From assembly GCA_051971635.1 (NCBI GenBank), contig JBFPLN010000001.1:64001-128000 (forward strand): DNA of 64,000 nt. The letters are read 5' to 3'. The DNA is from Candidatus Atelocyanobacterium thalassae. GTDB lineage: Bacteria; Cyanobacteriota; Cyanobacteriia; Cyanobacteriales; Microcystaceae. Positions 61,894 through 64,000 of the stretch are shown here, in pieces; position 1 is the stretch's first letter, and each line of letters opens with the position of its first letter. The notes under the pieces were generated by a model that saw nothing but the letters and a program-made list of their open reading frames with translations, did no database searches and was not told the DNA's origin. The translations under genes and the position numbers were made by a program.

Positions 61894-62139
61894 TTAATAA
61901 CTTTCAGTTTTTTTTAAAATTTCTACTTCGCCATTACAAACATGAGCTTTAAACTTTTCACTAAATTTAACTAATAAAGGTAAACTAGCACTGAGTGGCC
62001 TACCTTCCCAATTATTAATAATATTAATAATTTCTCCCTCCATCCCTTTTAATTGAAATGGTTGTTGCTTATGTTCTGGATGATGATAAACAATAACAGA
62101 TTCTATTATACGAATGCGATCTCCAATCTTCATACTCAT
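61894..62139 (-). CDS. ftrV: Ferredoxin-thioredoxin reductase variable subunit
   Basis: MKIGDRIRI..SVIVYHHPEH...F.LKGMEG, W.GRPLSA.LP, FKAH. Confidence 0.93.
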   Translation of the reverse strand: MSMKIGDRIRIIESVIVYHHPEHKQQPFQLKGMEGEIINIINNWEGRPLSASLPLLVKFSEKFKAHVCNGEVEILKKTESY

Positions 62140-62779
62140 CAGTTATTAAAAGTTTTCTCAATAAGAAGTTAACGATCATACTATCTTTACATAAAGTGTC
62201 ACCAGATCATAATAATTTAAAAATTTTCTTGTCTTTAAAATATTCCTTAATTACCAAAAATTAGGTATATGTACTACGACATGAGTTGATAAGATTCTTA
62301 ATCTTAATAGATAAAAATACTCTTTATTCAATAGATACACTAGTAAATAATATTTATGCCTATATTTACAGAAGTTAGGAATTAGTGTTGCTCTTTAAGT
62401 ATAATTTTTCAGAATAAATAATTATGTTATTTGATTCATTAAACAACAAACTATTTAATATCACAAATTGTCTTGGGGAATATTTATTAAAAATTTCCTA
62501 CTACAAATTAATTTATTATAATTTTAATATTTATATATAATAATTACTCTACGAAATAAAGAGAAATCAAAGTAAAAATAATGTTTACAGCATAATTTTT
62601 TTGTAATACATCTCATAATATTTTGTTTTTTGTTTATACGTTTTAATTTAAAATTTATAAAATATATATTATTTGCAAACCGTTAGAAATTATGAAATGA
62701 TTTACGAATATGCCAAATAAAGAAAAATGCCATATTTATTGGTAACCTATAAGCTACTGTATCTAAATTTAATGATGTT

Positions 62780-63256
62780 ATGGAAGAATCTATAGAAGAT
62801 CTATCTGAAAATAGTAAATATAAGACTCAATATACTATTCAAGAAATACAAGAGCTCCTCCCCCATCGGTATCCCTTCTCGTTAGTTGATCGTATTATCG
62901 ACTATGTACCTGCAAAAAAAGCAGTCGGAATTAAAAATGTAACTATTAATGAGCCTTTCTTTGCTGGCCATATTCCAAGTCTTCCAATAATGCCAGGAGT
63001 ACTAATTCTAGAGTCTATCGCTCAAGTTGGAGGAGTTATCCTAACTCTGTTGCCAGGAATGAAAGGAGTATTTTTTGCTTTTGCAGGTATTGATAAAGTT
63101 CGTTTTCGCCGCCCTGTTATTCCTGGAGATCAACTAATTATTACAGTTGAATTATTAACTTTAAAAAGAAACAGAATTGCAAAAATGAAAGGCGAAGGTA
63201 CGGTAAATGGGGAATTAGCAGTTCAAGGAGAAATGTTGTTTTCTCGTATTGATTAA
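62780..63256 (+). CDS. fabZ: 3-hydroxyacyl-ACP dehydratase
   Basis: [40 protein letters not shown]. Confidence 0.97.
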   Translation: MEESIEDLSENSKYKTQYTIQEIQELLPHRYPFSLVDRIIDYVPAKKAVGIKNVTINEPFFAGHIPSLPIMPGVLILESIAQVGGVILTLLPGMKGVFFAFAGIDKVRFRRPVIPGDQLIITVELLTLKRNRIAKMKGEGTVNGELAVQGEMLFSRID

Positions 63257-63822
63257 CAATTTTTCCCGAGAGATATAATGATTTATTATTAAATAATAAG
63301 AATGAACTTAAATCTTTAAATAATAACTATTTCAAAATTATAAATTATTTGTAATAACATGGTTTTAGCAGGAATATGCTTATAAAGTTAGTATCTTTGA
63401 CAAAATAGATTGATTAAAGAAATTTTATATTCAATTCTATATATTTTAATCTTTATTTTTTCTATTAACTATAGTATTAAGTACTGAACATTTTATACAA
63501 AAGAATTTAGGTACTTTTTCTATACTTATATGGATTAAGCTAAACTTAGAAACTTTTTATTATTACGATCAAATAATCAAAAGTTTTTTTGTTATAATAC
63601 ATACTAGTTAATATGTTGATAGACCTTGTCCTGAGAAATTTATTGGCTAAAAAAAGTATAATAAATATCTTTTAGAATTCTTCAACAAGTAAATATAATA
63701 TTTATTAATAAGCAATGGATATTTATTCAACAACTACTTGAGGAGACCCTAAAGTAGTTGTTAAACTTAAAAGTTACTGCAGCATTTTCCTTAAGTTACT
63801 TTTAGGAAAACAATCTTTTTAA

Positions 63823-64000
63823 CTACTTATATTTCAGTTTCATGACTAAAATAGGAAAAGCTAAAATGAATGTAGCAATATTAGTCATGATAATTGGAAT
63901 ATCTTTTTGCAATACACCATAGGTAATCCAGAGGAGTAGTCCGCAACAAAACAGTAGAAACATAGCTAAAGAAATATCTTTGGTTACGCGAGTTTTCCAA
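63823..64000 (-). CDS. SemiSWEET (PQ-loop/MtN3) sugar transporter, 5' end outside the window
   Basis: Hand translation ..WKTRVTKDISLAMFLLFCCGLLLWITYGVLQKDIPIIMTNIATFILAFPILVMKLKYK*; KDIS, LW..YG and PII..N motifs. Confidence 0.88.
   Translation of the reverse strand, partial: WKTRVTKDISLAMFLLFCCGLLLWITYGVLQKDIPIIMTNIATFILAFPILVMKLKYK

Overview
AT-rich (roughly 30% GC by eye, not computed), gene-dense DNA from a genome-reduced unicellular cyanobacterium. Gene content and decayed AT-rich spacers fit a Crocosphaera/Cyanothece-lineage symbiont such as UCYN-A (Ca. Atelocyanobacterium thalassa); this is inferred, not verified. The centre (22.3-39.2 kb) is the standard cyanobacterial ribosomal super-operon (rplC to prfA, including rpmJ, which the ORF track misses). 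The flanks carry holB, cikA, cobN, sodN/sodX, cbiB, cyAbrB, glmM, map, sugar ABC components, a Ca/Na antiporter, ycf45, ygfZ, tsaE, rnz, tig, miaB, a SpoIID protein, CRR7, two tandem RRM genes, murJ, ftrV, fabZ and a SemiSWEET cut by the window edge. I saw no CRISPR, rRNA, tRNA or mobile element, and no clearly novel multi-gene system. The best leads are non-coding or unannotated: (1) a structured, yybP-ykoY-like or attenuator-like RNA next to the Ca/Na antiporter; (2) a tandem rbp duplication with homologous but diverged leaders, followed by an unannotated 55-aa basic ORF; (3) a nested-stem leader on the rplC operon; (4) an A11 tract that puts the SpoIID signal peptide out of frame; (5) possible decayed genes (Rrf2, Mnx-like, lpxC) in AT-rich spacers.
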